Shown piece after piece: positions 27,252 to 40,200 of a stretch of DNA of 64,000 bases (position 1 is the first letter of the stretch; each line of letters starts with the position of its first letter). Under the pieces are notes generated by a model that saw only the letters and a program-made list of their open reading frames with translations, did not search any database and was not told where the DNA came from. Source of the stretch: Botryllus schlosseri (Eukaryota); NCBI GenBank assembly GCA_051294905.1, contig CM119372.1, forward strand, positions 27,778,001 through 27,842,000, given 5' to 3'. The position numbers were made by a program, and so were the translations under genes.

Positions 27252-27590
27252 CGACGAGATAACGTAATGGTAAAGCGTCCGGCATCTCGATCGGTAGGTC
27301 GTGGGTTCGATCCCCGGCCGGGTCAGACCAAAGACCTGATTGGTAACACTGGTATCCATGACTTCCCTGCTTGGCGCTCATGCAATACTGGGATAGCATG
27401 AAGGGGTGTTGCAAGACTTAAAAAGCCGCAATAGGCTATATCTGCACCTTCCCTGTCCTGCGGCATCTGCACATCATGCACTCATGATATGCATATGCGC
27501 AGATCGTGTGTATGTATGTCATGAGTCGGTGTATATGCCGCAAAAACATCAGGGACAAAAATAAACTACGTCCTTTCCTTTCCTTTTCGT
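27252..27590 (+). mobile_element. tRNA-derived SINE with a Meta-domain-like core
   Basis: A box TAACGTAATGG, B box GGTTCGATCCC, core GGTCAGACCAAAGAC...CTTCCCTGCTTGGCGCTCA, (CCTTT)n tail; Meta assignment is from recalled consensus. Confidence 0.7.
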
Positions 27591-28682
27591 CTCTAAACTC
27601 CCCTTTCTTTGATATTATATTAATCGAACAAGACCTAATGATGATGATGATGATGATGATGACCTAATGAACGGCCGCAGCATATAGGATACAGGTGTCG
27701 CAGAGCAATGTACAGTACATAGATTCAATAATATTGAGCCCCAAGCACCAAATTAGAAAAGTTACTGACGTTTGTTGTTGTTGTTAGCGGCGGCGCAGTC
27801 AGTGCTTGCGTATGACTATAGAGTATGAGTCGTTGTCACATCGAGTCAAGAGTCATTTGTTGCAATCATCCATGTGGTTCACCATCGAGCGGCCATTTAT
27901 GAGGCCAGTTTATATTATGAATACGGATTGTGATGAGCGCATCAGATAATATAATTGTGTTCACCTATGTGTAACTGAAATTACCCTCGGCATTTAAATG
28001 AACATTATCGCATGTTATTTCCAAAATATTCAGCCGAAGGGCGTTGACTATGAGCTGGCAGGCCACGAGGTATAGTTACCACTACCTAAAGTAGAATGGT
28101 GATGCGAATTTACTTCAACGAAGAGATAGAAACATCGATGGTGAAGAATTGACAGCTTTCATTCTTAAAGGTCTGAAAGGTAAAGAACTGCACCCCTAAC
28201 AAGCTTGCTCATTGCTCGTACTGAATATAATTTAGACGGGAAATTTAAAGTGCGAGCCAATGGATAAAATCCTAAATCGATTTTCGAGAGGGCGGATTGA
28301 ACATATACGCTGAAGTGGTAGATGGAATTACGACTATGGACGCAAATGATTCAACACGAATCAAATGCAACAAGCTCATTGTACGCTACGTACTATAGTC
28401 AGTATTGCAGTCCCTACTTTCAGCATCTGCAACCGGTATTCATGGTAATATACCTGTAACCTGGTGAAATGAGGATTGCACTGTTGGCGTACCGCTTAGT
28501 GAACCTAACATTCTCCCCTTCAGATGATGTACTTTAGATGCCTTAACCTCCGACTTGAATACAAACATTGCTTGGCAGAGTATTTGAATAAATTCGAAAA
28601 CTCTCCGACCCAACAACATAAAATCTCTCGTATCTGCCGGATATATCATATGCGTTATTATGACTGACTCCATGCTGTAAAT

Positions 28683-30235
28683 CAGTGGTTCTTAACCTTG
28701 CCACCAGCGCCCCCCAGGGGGCGCTGGCGATCTTGAAGGGGGGCGGAAACGCTCAGGGGTCGATATGGGGGGCGCTGGGCTCAGGGGGGCGGTATGGGGG
28801 GCGCTGGAGAAAAATGGCTTCGCAGTAGATGATGTGGTGATAGGACATATCCTTAATGAGTATTCAGAGCAAATTAACACCGAAAACGTCGTTACATATA
28901 GCCTTCAAAATACATATAGGTTTAATTGTCCATGGACACCTAAATGACTGACACCGAATGTTCCTGTCTTGGCAATCAGAACCCCAGAAGACGAATTCCA
29001 TCTGGCAGGGAAAAATTATATGTCTGTAAAGAAATATCAACCTGAAATCGTGTGAGTCTTTTAGTTTAGTACGATTGGGCGACAGGGATATTCCTGCTGG
29101 GCGATATCCCCGTTGAGCGATTCTATATTTTTTGATATTGCAGACAGGGGGTCAGGAAATAACATTATGCAACGAAGTCATACCAACGGGATCGCCCGCC
29201 CGAATATGTTTAATTATTAGTAACGCGCCCTACAGTTTCCAAGAAACCTCACAATGTTCGCTTCAAGTTTTGATTAGTCTGCGCACACTCAACGACTCAC
29301 TGCGCTGACCCTTGGACAACAGTGCGTAACGACTTAAAAAAGGTAATAACTCCGGATTTGTTGTGCGCAACGTAGATTTTCTGTGTGCAGAGACCGTGTC
29401 AGTACTGCGCACGTGCGCAGCTTAGAGGGAACATTGCACCTCACTCAGCTCTACCGGTAAATGTGTTTACGTGAGCAGAGAGAGGATAAAAATTGATCTC
29501 AATTTACATGCAATTCCCGGTGATATTGAACAATTCAATCATTAATTAGTGAATTTTTTCGCACTTCGCGCGAATAGGCGAGAATAGCTGCCTCAGTAAA
29601 TGGACACCCAATGTAGATACCTAATAGGCTATCAGCAAATAGCGGACAGCCTAATGGGGGTCTGGGAGTGAAGTCTCCCGGAAGTTTGGTTTATCACCCG
29701 ATGGGGCCCAGGACCAACGTTTTTAGTTTGGGGGGGGGCTGACGAAGTGCTGTTACGGCCCTGGTAACGAATAATTGTACTTGCAGGCACGCCCGAATAT
29801 GTTTAATTAATAATTACGTGCCCTTTATTTTCCTATACAACAGCTCACTCAGTGCTACTGGTAAATCTGATTACGTGGGCTGAGAGGATAAAAAGTTTAT
29901 ATAGCGACTTATATGTGTAGTTACCACCTATTCATTCATGCATTATGGAAAATTTTGGTACTTAGGGCGACCAGGCCACACAAACTTTGCTGACCATCAA
30001 AAATCAAAATCACGATATGGGGTTCGTGGGGGCGAAGCCCTCAGAAGTTCGGTTTATCACGCTATGGGTGCGCAAGGCAATCGTTTTTAGGGGGGTTACC
30101 GAAGTGCTGTTACGGCCCTCCCTCTTACTCATTGTCTTTATTACATTCCTTACAATATGAAGTTGGGGGGGGGGGCGCTGGAGCACGATAATTTCTGAAA
30201 GGGGGCGCTGGAAGAAAAAAGGTTAAGAACCACTG
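28683..30235 (+). mobile_element. 1.55-kb Buster/Charlie-type non-autonomous hAT element, copy A
   Basis: TIR CAGTGGTTCTTAACCTT; perfect TSD CTGTAAAT; GGGGGCGCTGG subterminal repeats. Confidence 0.93.
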
Positions 30236-31114
30236 CTGTAAATGGAATCAACATTCTTGGTCACGCGTACATAATCATGCTTGTAACCCATGTAGCGCGC
30301 ATCGTTTCAAACAAGAAAGTATGCTCTCCCGGGCGTGCAAAAGGGTGTCGGGGTAACTGAGAAATATATCTCTGTGGCGTAGGCCTCTGAAAGGCCCGAC
30401 AGACTCTGCAGTGCAGAAAGCAAAGTACGCATACTCCGAAAACACAACTATCGACATTATAGATCGGCTCAATCATTCGCCTGCAATCCAGTTGTCTGTG
30501 TTTGTTTGTTGCGGTAGTACAGTCACTAAGGAACACCAGAAACCGGCATTTTCACGTTGCGTATTCGAATATTCAATGTCGTAATGACAATATTCGCTGT
30601 CGTATTCATATATATTGTAGTGAAAACGATGAGCCAGAGGTGTCAAACATACGGCCCGCGAGCCGCATCCGGGCTGGCAAACGATTTCATCCGGACCGCG
30701 AAGCGATTCTGACTATAGTGGAAAATAGTTGTATTATCCAGCACAGTTCTAATGAATGGTAAGGTTTTTAGTAAGAAATATTTCAATTAAATATTCCTAC
30801 GAGGGAACAAATGTTGAATTATGTTTATAGGCCGCGTTATAGCTATCCGACAGCTGTAGTAGGTTTTCACTCCAGTCACCATTAGGATCCGAGTCACCGA
30901 CATTGGCACCCAAGTCCAAAAAGTAGTTCTTCTCAGAAGCGAAAAGGTGAATGCTAAACCGCTATATGCTGGCTATATTGATAATAAAATGGTCACAAAA
31001 TTATGATTAAAATATATGTTGTCGCAGCTCTGTATCAGTTTTGACTCGAAAGATCACCGTCCTCCACATAAACCCGAATCGCGAATTAAAACTGACGAAT
31101 CAAATTCCAACATG

Positions 31115-31710
31115 AGTAGTATATATGATCGGTCTTGTTGTGCCATTGGTTCTTATGGGCACGCTCAACGGTGACCGGTGACCCTTTTAACCCCCCTCTC
31201 GCTCAACCGTGCGTTGGCTAGTATAGGCATCTCTCGCACGGTAACCCTTTTCGGTAGGGATCGCTCAACCGGTGACCCCATGCACCCTTTTGCTGAAGCG
31301 GTGCGTGGGCTAGTATAGGGATCTCTGATGAGGTGATCTCTCGCGGAGACGTGGATGGTTGAAAACTCGTGTTCGCGATGGCGCCCTTTTAGACCTCCTA
31401 TCGCCGAACCGGTGCGTGGGGTAGTATAGGGATCGCTCGCATGTCGTACTTTCGGGTATAGGCGTCTCTCGTGTGGTGTCTTATGGCTGCGGTGGCAAGC
31501 CGTATTTTCAGGTAGAGGTTGCGTTGGCATGTCGTCCTTCGTATGGTGTCGAACGTGTATCAAGAATATTGATCACGTGATTGATCCTTACATGATGTTT
31601 GTATACCAGATTATTATATATGACCGATTCGTGTTAATCCCAACGTTTACGGTGATTGCGACTTCAATATATCATTTTTCTTATGGCTGCGGTCGTGAAC
31701 TAATGTTAAA
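31115..31710 (+). mobile_element. Orphan, diverged Polinton/Maverick-type terminus related to the 36198-48928 element
   Basis: Starts AGTAGTATATATGATCGGTC...TCTTATGGGC (cf. AGTAGTATATAGGATCGGTC...TCTTATGGGC); shares GTATAGGCATCTCTCGCACGG, GTCGTACTTTCGGGTATAGGC and ATATTGATCACGTG motifs; no partner end in the window. Confidence 0.75.
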
Positions 31711-31845
31711 ATAGGTTACGTCACAATGTGCTTGTGAGTCATCGTATTTTTAAAATTATCCAAAATTGCTCGCTTGAATCACGTTACGGAGTTGGGATTT
31801 ATTTTTTTGGGACGTTTTCCTTGAAAGGGAACATTCCGAGTCAGG

Positions 31846-32346
31846 GATCGTTAGCCTCTTCACGAACGTGCCGCTGAAGGAGACCGTTGATGTTTGTGCG
31901 GACGCGCTAAATGGTGGTGGTGATTTAGCACCACCTTCCTTCTCGCGTAAAGTGTTCGTTGAACTTCTTAATACGGCTACTTGCTCTGTTGAGTTTAGTT
32001 TTAACGATACCATCTACATGCAAACCGACAGTGTAGCTATGGGTAGCCCTCTTGGCCCGATTTTAGCCAATATATCTGTGGGATTCCATGAAAACAGACT
32101 TTTCGCCGCAGATGAAACCAAGCCTCCATTCACGTACCGTCGCTATGTCCACGACACCTTCGTTATCTGTCAAAATAAGATGGAGTTCGATGACTTCATT
32201 GATAACTTGAATTCTCTACACTCGTCTTTAAAATTCACATTTGAAAAAGAGCGTGCTAACTCGTTCTAGCGGAAAAACGGAGTATTAGCTTTGTCACGTC
32301 GGTTTACCGGAGCCAACGTTTACAGGGCATTATATACGCTGGAATT
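31846..32346 (+). pseudogene. Penelope-like element RT fragment (5' piece)
   Basis: IVSLFTNVP, QTDSVAMGSPLGPILANI, RRYVHDTF, LKFTFEKE. Confidence 0.9.
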
Positions 32347-32349
32347 ACT

Positions 32350-34712
32350 ACTACCTACTAATCGTTTAGTGGGAACCTGGAGGGTGATTGGTGGGTAATA
32401 GGTAAGGGATTTTATTGGTGCTCGGCTACTGTGGCTTTGTGCTTTGTGTTCGGCAGGAGTGCGAATTTTAAAATGGGCATTGCAGTGAAGTGCAGGCTAG
32501 TAATAATGTCCGACACCATAATATCAACACCATGGTTCCTGGCAGCTTTGATGATTGTTGAGTGTCTCGGACAATATTGATAACCAATCTGCCTGCCCTC
32601 TTCGTTACGACCAAGTAAAGGTGACTAACGTAAACGTGACTAGTAGGGATGGTGAGAACCCCTGAAAGGTTCAGGTTCGTTTGAACGTGAACCTTTTTGA
32701 AAGGTTCTATGTGAACGTGAACGTGAACCGATGACGTTACGTGACGTCATATTGCTTATTCCACTCCTCACATTTCAGTGAAGTAATATACAAGATACAT
32801 ATAGCGACGACTCAGGCCACAATGCTGACGTACATGCTGACTTTTTTAACGTCACCAGATGTATCAACCGGAGTAATCAAATACTATAATGATCCCATAA
32901 AATTCATATCTTCCCTGGCTTTGCCAACAATTTCGATGAGGACTTGCAAGGGAATATAATATAACACCGTAATGGTTTCGGCCATACCTGACATTGTACA
33001 GTATTCGGCGTCTGACTCTTGCTACATTGATATTGAGCAGAGTGTAAAACGGGTTTCTATACTTGCTACCGATATTACCCCATAAACAAGATATACAATA
33101 GCCACTAGCCAACACCCCAATCGCACGGATTTGGTTTTTATGATACAATAAACATATGAAATCAAGATGGATCCTGTAATGCTACTACTCACAGCACATA
33201 GACAATAAATTTAAGGATGGTGCGATCACCTGAAAGGTTCAGGTTTGTGCGAACGCGAACGTTTTTGAAAGGTTTTGTGCGAACGCGAACGTGAAAATGT
33301 GACGTCATATTGCTAATACCTAGCCCTACATTTCATTGTACAAGATACCTAGCGACGACTCATGCCACATTATGCAACAATGCTGAAATACATGCTGACT
33401 TTTAAACGTCAGAAAATGTATCAACTAGAGCTAGCAAAAGCTATATCTATATTATAATAATCACAAATAATCTATATTTTCCGTCGCTTTGCCAACAATT
33501 TCGACGAGGACTTGCAAGGGAATATAATTTAGCTAACGCCTTAACGGTCTAGGCCCGACCACACAATGTATTCAGCATCTGACTATTGATACATCAATTT
33601 ACATCGAGGAGAGTGTAAAACGGGTATCTGAACTTGCTACCGGTATTACGCTGTAAACAAGTTAGCAAACACCGCACGGACGCGCTATATGGTGGTGGTG
33701 ATTTAGCACCATTTAGAACTTCCTAATACGGCTACTTGCTCTGTTGAGTTAAGTTTTAACGATACCATATGTATATACAAACCGACGGTGTAGCTATGGG
33801 TAGCCCTCTTGGCCCGATTTTAGCTAATATATTTGTGGGATTCCATGAAGACAAACTTTTCGCCGCAGATAAAACCAAGCCTCCATTCATGTACCGTCGC
33901 TATGTCGAGGACACCTTTGTTATCCGTCAAAATGAGACGGAGTTCGATGGCTTTTTGGATAACTTGAATTCTCTACACTCGTCTTTAAAATTCACATTTG
34001 AAAAAGAGCGTGCTAACTCGTTACCATTTTTAAACGTTCTATAACAGTGGTTCCCAAATGGTAGGGAATTCCCCACTGGTGGGGAATTCAATGGCTTCTG
34101 GTGGGGAATAGACGCATTTGTTAAACAGGATAGTCTTCATATTTACACATGCGCGATTACCGTTACCAGTTAACTGCTCTCTAATTTATGTAACGAAAAT
34201 TATATTGCGTGTTGTTCACAAAAAACTCATTTTTAACTGCAGATAACCAAGGATGGAGTCACTAACGCATCCATCACAACCAGTACCACGTGAAATATTG
34301 CTTTCGCTAAATTTTAAGAGTTAGCGGTATCGGTTCCCATTACGTTTCATGTTGCCATTTTAGGCGATTGTCTTGCGTACTGACGTGTGTTGTGTGTCTT
34401 GTGTACTCAAACAAGTAAATAGCTGCTCCGTAATGACAAAAGTTAACAGGAAATACGACGATAGTTTTGGGTAGCGGGGAATGAAGACTCGGAGTAAATC
34501 TGAAGTGGGGAAGGAAGACAAAAAGGTTGGGAACCAATGTTCTAGTGGAAAAAACTGGGTATTAGCTTTGTCACTTCGGTTTACCGGAAGCCAACGTTTA
34601 CAGGACAATATATACGCTGGAATTCGTTTAGCCCGAATCGCCGTAAACTAAATTTGATTGGCACATTGGTGCACAGAGCCTTGATGAAATGTTCGGATGT
34701 AAAATTAAACGC
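32350..34712 (+). repeat. ~2.4-kb direct duplicate of 54419-56809
   Basis: Both copies start ACTACCTACTAATCGTTTAGTGGGAACC and end AAAATTAAACGC; paired ORFs are near-identical (32741/54810, 32864/54933, 33769/55836, 34340/56436). Confidence 0.95.
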
Positions 34713-34979
34713 GGAGCTAGAATATATCCGCAAAATTCTATTCGATAACGGGTACCCCGAACACATCATCAAGAGTTCTGTGGACGGAAAACTTAGTAAT
34801 TTCAATCCCAACAAATCACAAAACACGAACACACGGTCTGAGGAGAATGTATATATACATTTACCGTGGCTGGGCCCCATCTCTTCCCGTTTTGAAAAGC
34901 GATTGATTTCTGCTGTAAATCGCTGTTACGATAACGTAAAAACTAATGTTGTGTTTGCCGCCAAACAATTGCTTCCTGC
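33670..34979 (+). pseudogene. Penelope-like RT/thumb region, interrupted by MITE 34045-34539 and then by the LINE
   Basis: QTDGVAMGSPLGP, RRYVEDTF, LPFLNVL, VYRKPT, LVHRA...ILFDNGYP, HLPWLGPIS; frame runs to VVFAAKQLLPA at the LINE junction. Confidence 0.9.
34045..34539. mobile_element. ~495-bp Buster/Charlie-type MITE (duplicate of 56138-56635)
   Basis: CAGTGGTTCCCAA ... TTGGGAACCAATG; right TSD TTCTAGTG, left copy mutated (TTCTATAA). Confidence 0.85.
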
Positions 34980-34980
34980 G

Positions 34981-35014
34981 CATTCGCGTCTGACCGCCGA
35001 GGTGTGCGGACGTG
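34981..35014 (+). promoter_or_regulatory. Putative LINE internal Pol II promoter (Inr-like CATT plus DPE-like GGACGTG at ~+28)
   Basis: CATTCG at the 5' end and GGACGTG at 35008-35014, the spacing known for I/jockey-type internal promoters. Confidence 0.55.
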
Positions 35015-35173
35015 TCTAGATTGAGCAGCTCATCCTGCAATCAGCGTCGAGAGCTTGTTGCGAGGTTTTGGTCTTCTGGTGTAAAGGCTTACTTGTTGTA
35101 ATACTATAGCGGTACTCGGATAGGATTACGTGCAGTGAGAAGTTAATTGCTGTATAAGCCACCATCCCGCCTG

Positions 35174-36197
35174 ATGGCAGCGGATGTTGGTAACGATGAC
35201 ATGGAATTTACTGTTGTCACGTCAAAACGCAGTAAAAGAGGTTCACAAAGCGAGTCTGATTGTGATAGTCCGCCATTGAAAGCAATGAATAATAAGTCTG
35301 ATGCAGACTATTCTGGCCGCTCAGCCGATCCAGCTCGCACCGAAAATTTGAAAATAGTTGTTAAGGGTAAAGATAGGAAGATGAAACACTATCATCCTAC
35401 CACAGTGAACAAGTGCTTACACGCAGTGATTGGTAATTATGAAGGGATCCGTGTCTTCCCGTCGGGAGACTTACTCGTCACCTGTCACAATCGCATGCAG
35501 GCCGATAAGCTCATATCTCTAGATATGTTTACGGACGGAGTAGTGTCAATTCCAATTAATACGGGATGTTACGATGAGAGTAAACTGCATCAGCATGCGT
35601 CTAGGGCCGTTATCCGAGGTGTGCCAGCTGACATTATCCGAGGTGTGCCAGCTGACATGTCAGAATACGAAGTTGTTGAATTCCTCAGCGAATCACACGT
35701 GTGCTTTGCTGAACGTCTAAAACGCAAGTCCACTGATGGCTATGTTGCTAGTTTGTCAATGCTGCTCGGGTTTAATGTTCCAACACCTCCAGATGAGTTG
35801 TATATTGGATATCTTCGATTCAAGACCAATCCCTATAATCCTCCCCCATTGAGGTGCCACCGATGCAATCGATTTGGTCACACGAAGGCTAATTGCGGCG
35901 GAAGAAAAACGTGCTCCAAATGTGGGAGTCATGAGCATGAACATCATCAGTGCGATCAGGAAAAGAGGTGTGTCAATTGTAAAATGCCCAATAGCGCAGC
36001 TTACGGTGGGTGCCCAGTGTATAAAAGGGAAGCCAAAATACAAATAATTCGAGAACGAGAGAGTCTATGGTATGTCGATGCTAAATCCAAAGTATCGCAT
36101 GTCGATGCTAAATCAAAAGCACCAGAAACATCTTCACATACACAATTGTCGCCAACTCCCAGCGGTAAAACTTATAGTCAGGCTGTACACAGACGGC
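35174..36197 (+). CDS. LINE ORF1 (gag-like, zinc knuckles), 5' part
   Basis: CHRCNRFGHTKANC, CSKCGSHEHEHHQC, CVNC..; interrupted by the Polinton-like insertion. Confidence 0.92.
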
Positions 36198-36235
36198 AGT
36201 AGTATATAGGATCGGTCGCGAGGTGGCAGGGGCTC

Positions 36236-37295
36236 TTATGGGCGGGGTGGCGAGCTAACGAGAAACCGGGGGTGGCGAACTAACGTTTTCGTCTTATGGC
36301 GGGGGTGGCGAACTAACGTTTCGTCTTATGGCGGGGGTGGCGAACTAACGTTTTCGTCTTATGGGCGGGGTGGCGAGCTAACGAGAAACCGGGGGTGGCG
36401 AACTAACGTTTTCGTCTTATGGCGGGGGTGGCGAACTAACGTTTTCGTCTTATGGGTGCGGCGGTGATGTGCCTGAAAACCGGGGGTGGTGACTCGTACT
36501 TTCAGACCCCCCTCTCGGCCGTGAGTCGTAATGGCTTCTTATGGATGCGGTCGTGATTCGTACTTTCAGGTATAGGCTGCGGCGGTGACTCGTATTGAAA
36601 ACTTGGGGTCGTGATTCGTACTTTTGGGTATAGGCTGCGGCGGTGACTCGTATTGAAAACTCGGGGTCGTGATTCGTACTTTCCCGCGATTCGTAATGGT
36701 TCTTATGGACGCGGTCGTGATTCGTACTTTCGGTATAGGCATCTCTCGCACGTCGTACTTTCGCGTATAGGCTGTGGCGGTGATTCGCCTGTCGTGTATT
36801 CTTACGGGATCTGTGGTGATTCGCCATGTGTTCTTATGGATGCGGTCGTGATTCGTACTTTCAGGCATCTCTCGCACGGTGTGGAATATGTATCAGGTAT
36901 ATTGATCACGTGTGTCTTATGGCGGAGGTGACCAGAGGCTCTTTTGTCTTATGGCGGCGGTGACATGCGGCTATTTTGTCTTGTGGTCGCACGGTAACCC
37001 TTTTCAGCATAGGGATCGGTCGCACGTCGTACTTTCGCGTATAAGCTGTGGCGGTGATTCGTCTGTCATGTATTCTTACGCGATCTCTGGTGATTCGCCA
37101 TGTGTTCTTATGGGTGCGCTCGCACGTCGTACTTTCAAGTATAGGTATCTCTCGCATATCGTATCGAAAACTCGTGTTGACACATCGTACTTTTAGGTAT
37201 TGACACGCATGCGGCTATTGTGTCTTATGGGTGCGGCCGTGAATCGCCCTTTCGGTATAGACATCTCTCGCATATCGTACTTTCGGGTATAGGCA
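36236..37295 (+). repeat. Subterminal GC-rich tandem and modular repeats of the left arm
   Basis: ~30-bp unit GGGGTGGCGAACTAACGTTTTCGTCTTATGGC (about 7 variants, 36236-36452), then degenerate modules with GATTCGTACTTT, GTATAGGC and TCTTATGG. Confidence 0.9.
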
Positions 37296-40200
37296 TCACT
37301 AAACAGGAAATTCACTAATCCGCAGTGCATTGGGCGATTTTGAAAACCAGATGTTGGCGGTTGTATTTTGACCTGTGTGACCCACTAAATACGTCCGTTT
37401 TGGAAATTCGGAGCGCACACTATCGTATCGATTATTCCACTAATCCAGTCGGTGCTATTACATTCAGCAGTATTCAGTATTCAGCAGCGACACGAAAAGC
37501 GAGCAACAAATAACCGCGCTCGTAAATTAACACTTCAAAAAGTGTAAAATAGATTGCAAATCCCGCGATCGCTAACAAGATGTCTCGAACATAACCATTT
37601 TTTAGTGACTTGGTGTTAAAGACATACCGATCGCTCACAAGGTAATATTTCCGCAATAAGTTTGTCACAGAGCCGGCGCAGACGGTGATTCCTAAACCAA
37701 CAATTTGACACTTTCTGGTGGTCGCTATATGTTTTGACACTTCGAACAGTGGCTGACTTTAGTTGCGCGATAAGAATTATGAGAATATTCAATCAATGTA
37801 TCAATTTGCCAACTCGAAATGAAACTTACTACACAGCTCAAGTTGATTCGTATCTGAATGTGTTAATTCGGTACAATTCTAATTATTTCGAGAAATCTTT
37901 TCGTGATCTTTTGATTCGACCATAACCCGAATATTACTGACACCGACTTTCAGCCACATTGAATTATTCACACACCCGCGCTGCTGTTTTCACAACTATA
38001 ACTCTACAAGAATCAAGAATCACAAGTATGTGCATTACACAGTTATTGTCTTTATTACCTTGAAATCAAACTCTTAACAAAAACACGCATCGTATCACTC
38101 GTCAACTCTATCATGAAAATCCTCGAGTCCTTATCATCAAAAATGTTATAGCGCGGCGTCGGAATCCATTCGTGGGATGTACTAAAGGTAAATCCAGATA
38201 ATCCAAAATGAAATAATTGGACTTTGACATAGTCTGAATTGAAATAGATTGACAAACACGACTAACAACTTTCAACCCAGTCATATTTAGAGATTATACG
38301 CACATTGATTCGAAACAAGTAATGAAACATTACAACTCTATTCGCGACCTGTCTTTACGTTTGTCAAAGAGAGTTTCAGAAATATTATCACTATGACATC
38401 TCAACATTTTAACATCTTGCCACCAACAAAAGAGTAAAATACAAAAACCTTGTCGAGTCAATCCGTTTGTAACTAACCGAACCAAAGCAAAAAGTGTCCA
38501 TACGAAAAGTAGACAAGACTACGCAAGTAATCACTACAACCCACAAACAAATCAAGTTCGGTTTTAGACATATACCACCAACTCGTCTTTTTTGTTCAAC
38601 TGTAAAAGTCGTTACTATGCCGCAAGACCAAGAAATTACTATGCGGTGTATTTTGTAAGACAAAAGTAATTACTTCTCGGTGTCAGCGACTTGAGATTAA
38701 CATAATATATTCGAGTATTCGACATTTGAAAGTATGACCATCGTAGTTTCTTACAATCGAACGCAGGTGTTATATCGAAAATTATCGTGATGTGAACATA
38801 AGGATTGACACATCGATTTAACATAGGAGATTTGTAATGGTCTATCATGACTTGATTATTAAATTATTCGCGTTAATTAGACCCGGCGTTGTGGTAAAGG
38901 TTATTAGGACAGCAACAAACTTTTCAGTACCGTTATTATTAACATATTGAGTTGAAAAACTATATGCGTGTCTGAAATGTTCTTGAATGGAAAATTATTC
39001 CACCTTGGTACATATCACCCTGCGTATCGCGGATATCAGAAAATATTTTACAAATGTAATTGTCTCCACTAACCAAGACTAAAGATGAAACAACAATTTC
39101 CTTTGTTAAACAATAACCGGTACAATACTTTAGCATCGTAATCAGCAGTGAGAATTGAAACACTTTCGCACATTATCCGGCGTCAAGATATCACACTAGG
39201 TGAATTGACATACCGCCGCTTGATTAATACCTAATCCATTCGCACCATTTCACATACTTTGATCATTACAAAAGTAAATTGGAATATGTTTGCTAGATGC
39301 ATTCAATTCAGTTACAAATGTCTGGTACACAACAATCGTAATATCAAGGAAGTACTTGCTACGTTGTAATTCACTTAACGTGTTTTGTATTGTTGTTCAT
39401 TTGTAGTATTGATTGTTTTTGAACCCCCAAATAATAATTCCCGACATGAAACCAAACCGCCGAAAGTCGTTACCATCACAACGAAACAATTTGTACGATG
39501 TTTGCCAAATGTATCCTATAGTTAGGTGTACTAGAATTATTTGTCTAACACATACACCGACAATGCAACCGAAAATTTTTCCGTTATCATTCGTTAAAGT
39601 AAATGTCATCACAATACTCATCAAGCTGTCATCTGTAAATCAAGATTACATCCAACTTGTAACTGTATCGTTTAACTACCGGGTTGCATCAGTTTGCTAT
39701 TTTTGTCATTTAGTGACTGCCGAACATACCAAACGATACATATTCACTTACGAAATACTGTGTTGATCGTAATTTCCATCATCGTGATAATCAAAGTACA
39801 TTTGTTTCGATTTCATAACAACCGACTACTTTTCTATGACATGATAAATTTTTGACAAGTTATGCTTAGAATATTGGTGCATACCGCGAAAAATAATATA
39901 CCACTCATATTGATAGTGTTACTCCATTCATCGGTATATTTTCCGTTGTCGATTTTCAAACGAGTAAAATTTATTACTTGAGTTGTTCTGCTTACTATAT
40001 TTAAATGTAAACTCGCCCGTCTTTCAACAAAAAACAATGATAAAAACGTATGCAATCAAACACAACAAGTTTTACTGTAGGACACTAATTATTACCCCAC
40101 ATAACTCATTTCTTACCGAAGACATATGAAATATATTCATGTTACACGAAAATACTCGATATACCCATGCTACGAACATACGCAATGATTGGTGACGCTT

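Noticed and set aside
27252..27325. Functional tRNA gene
   Set aside because: No proper acceptor stem or terminator; it continues into a SINE core and tail.
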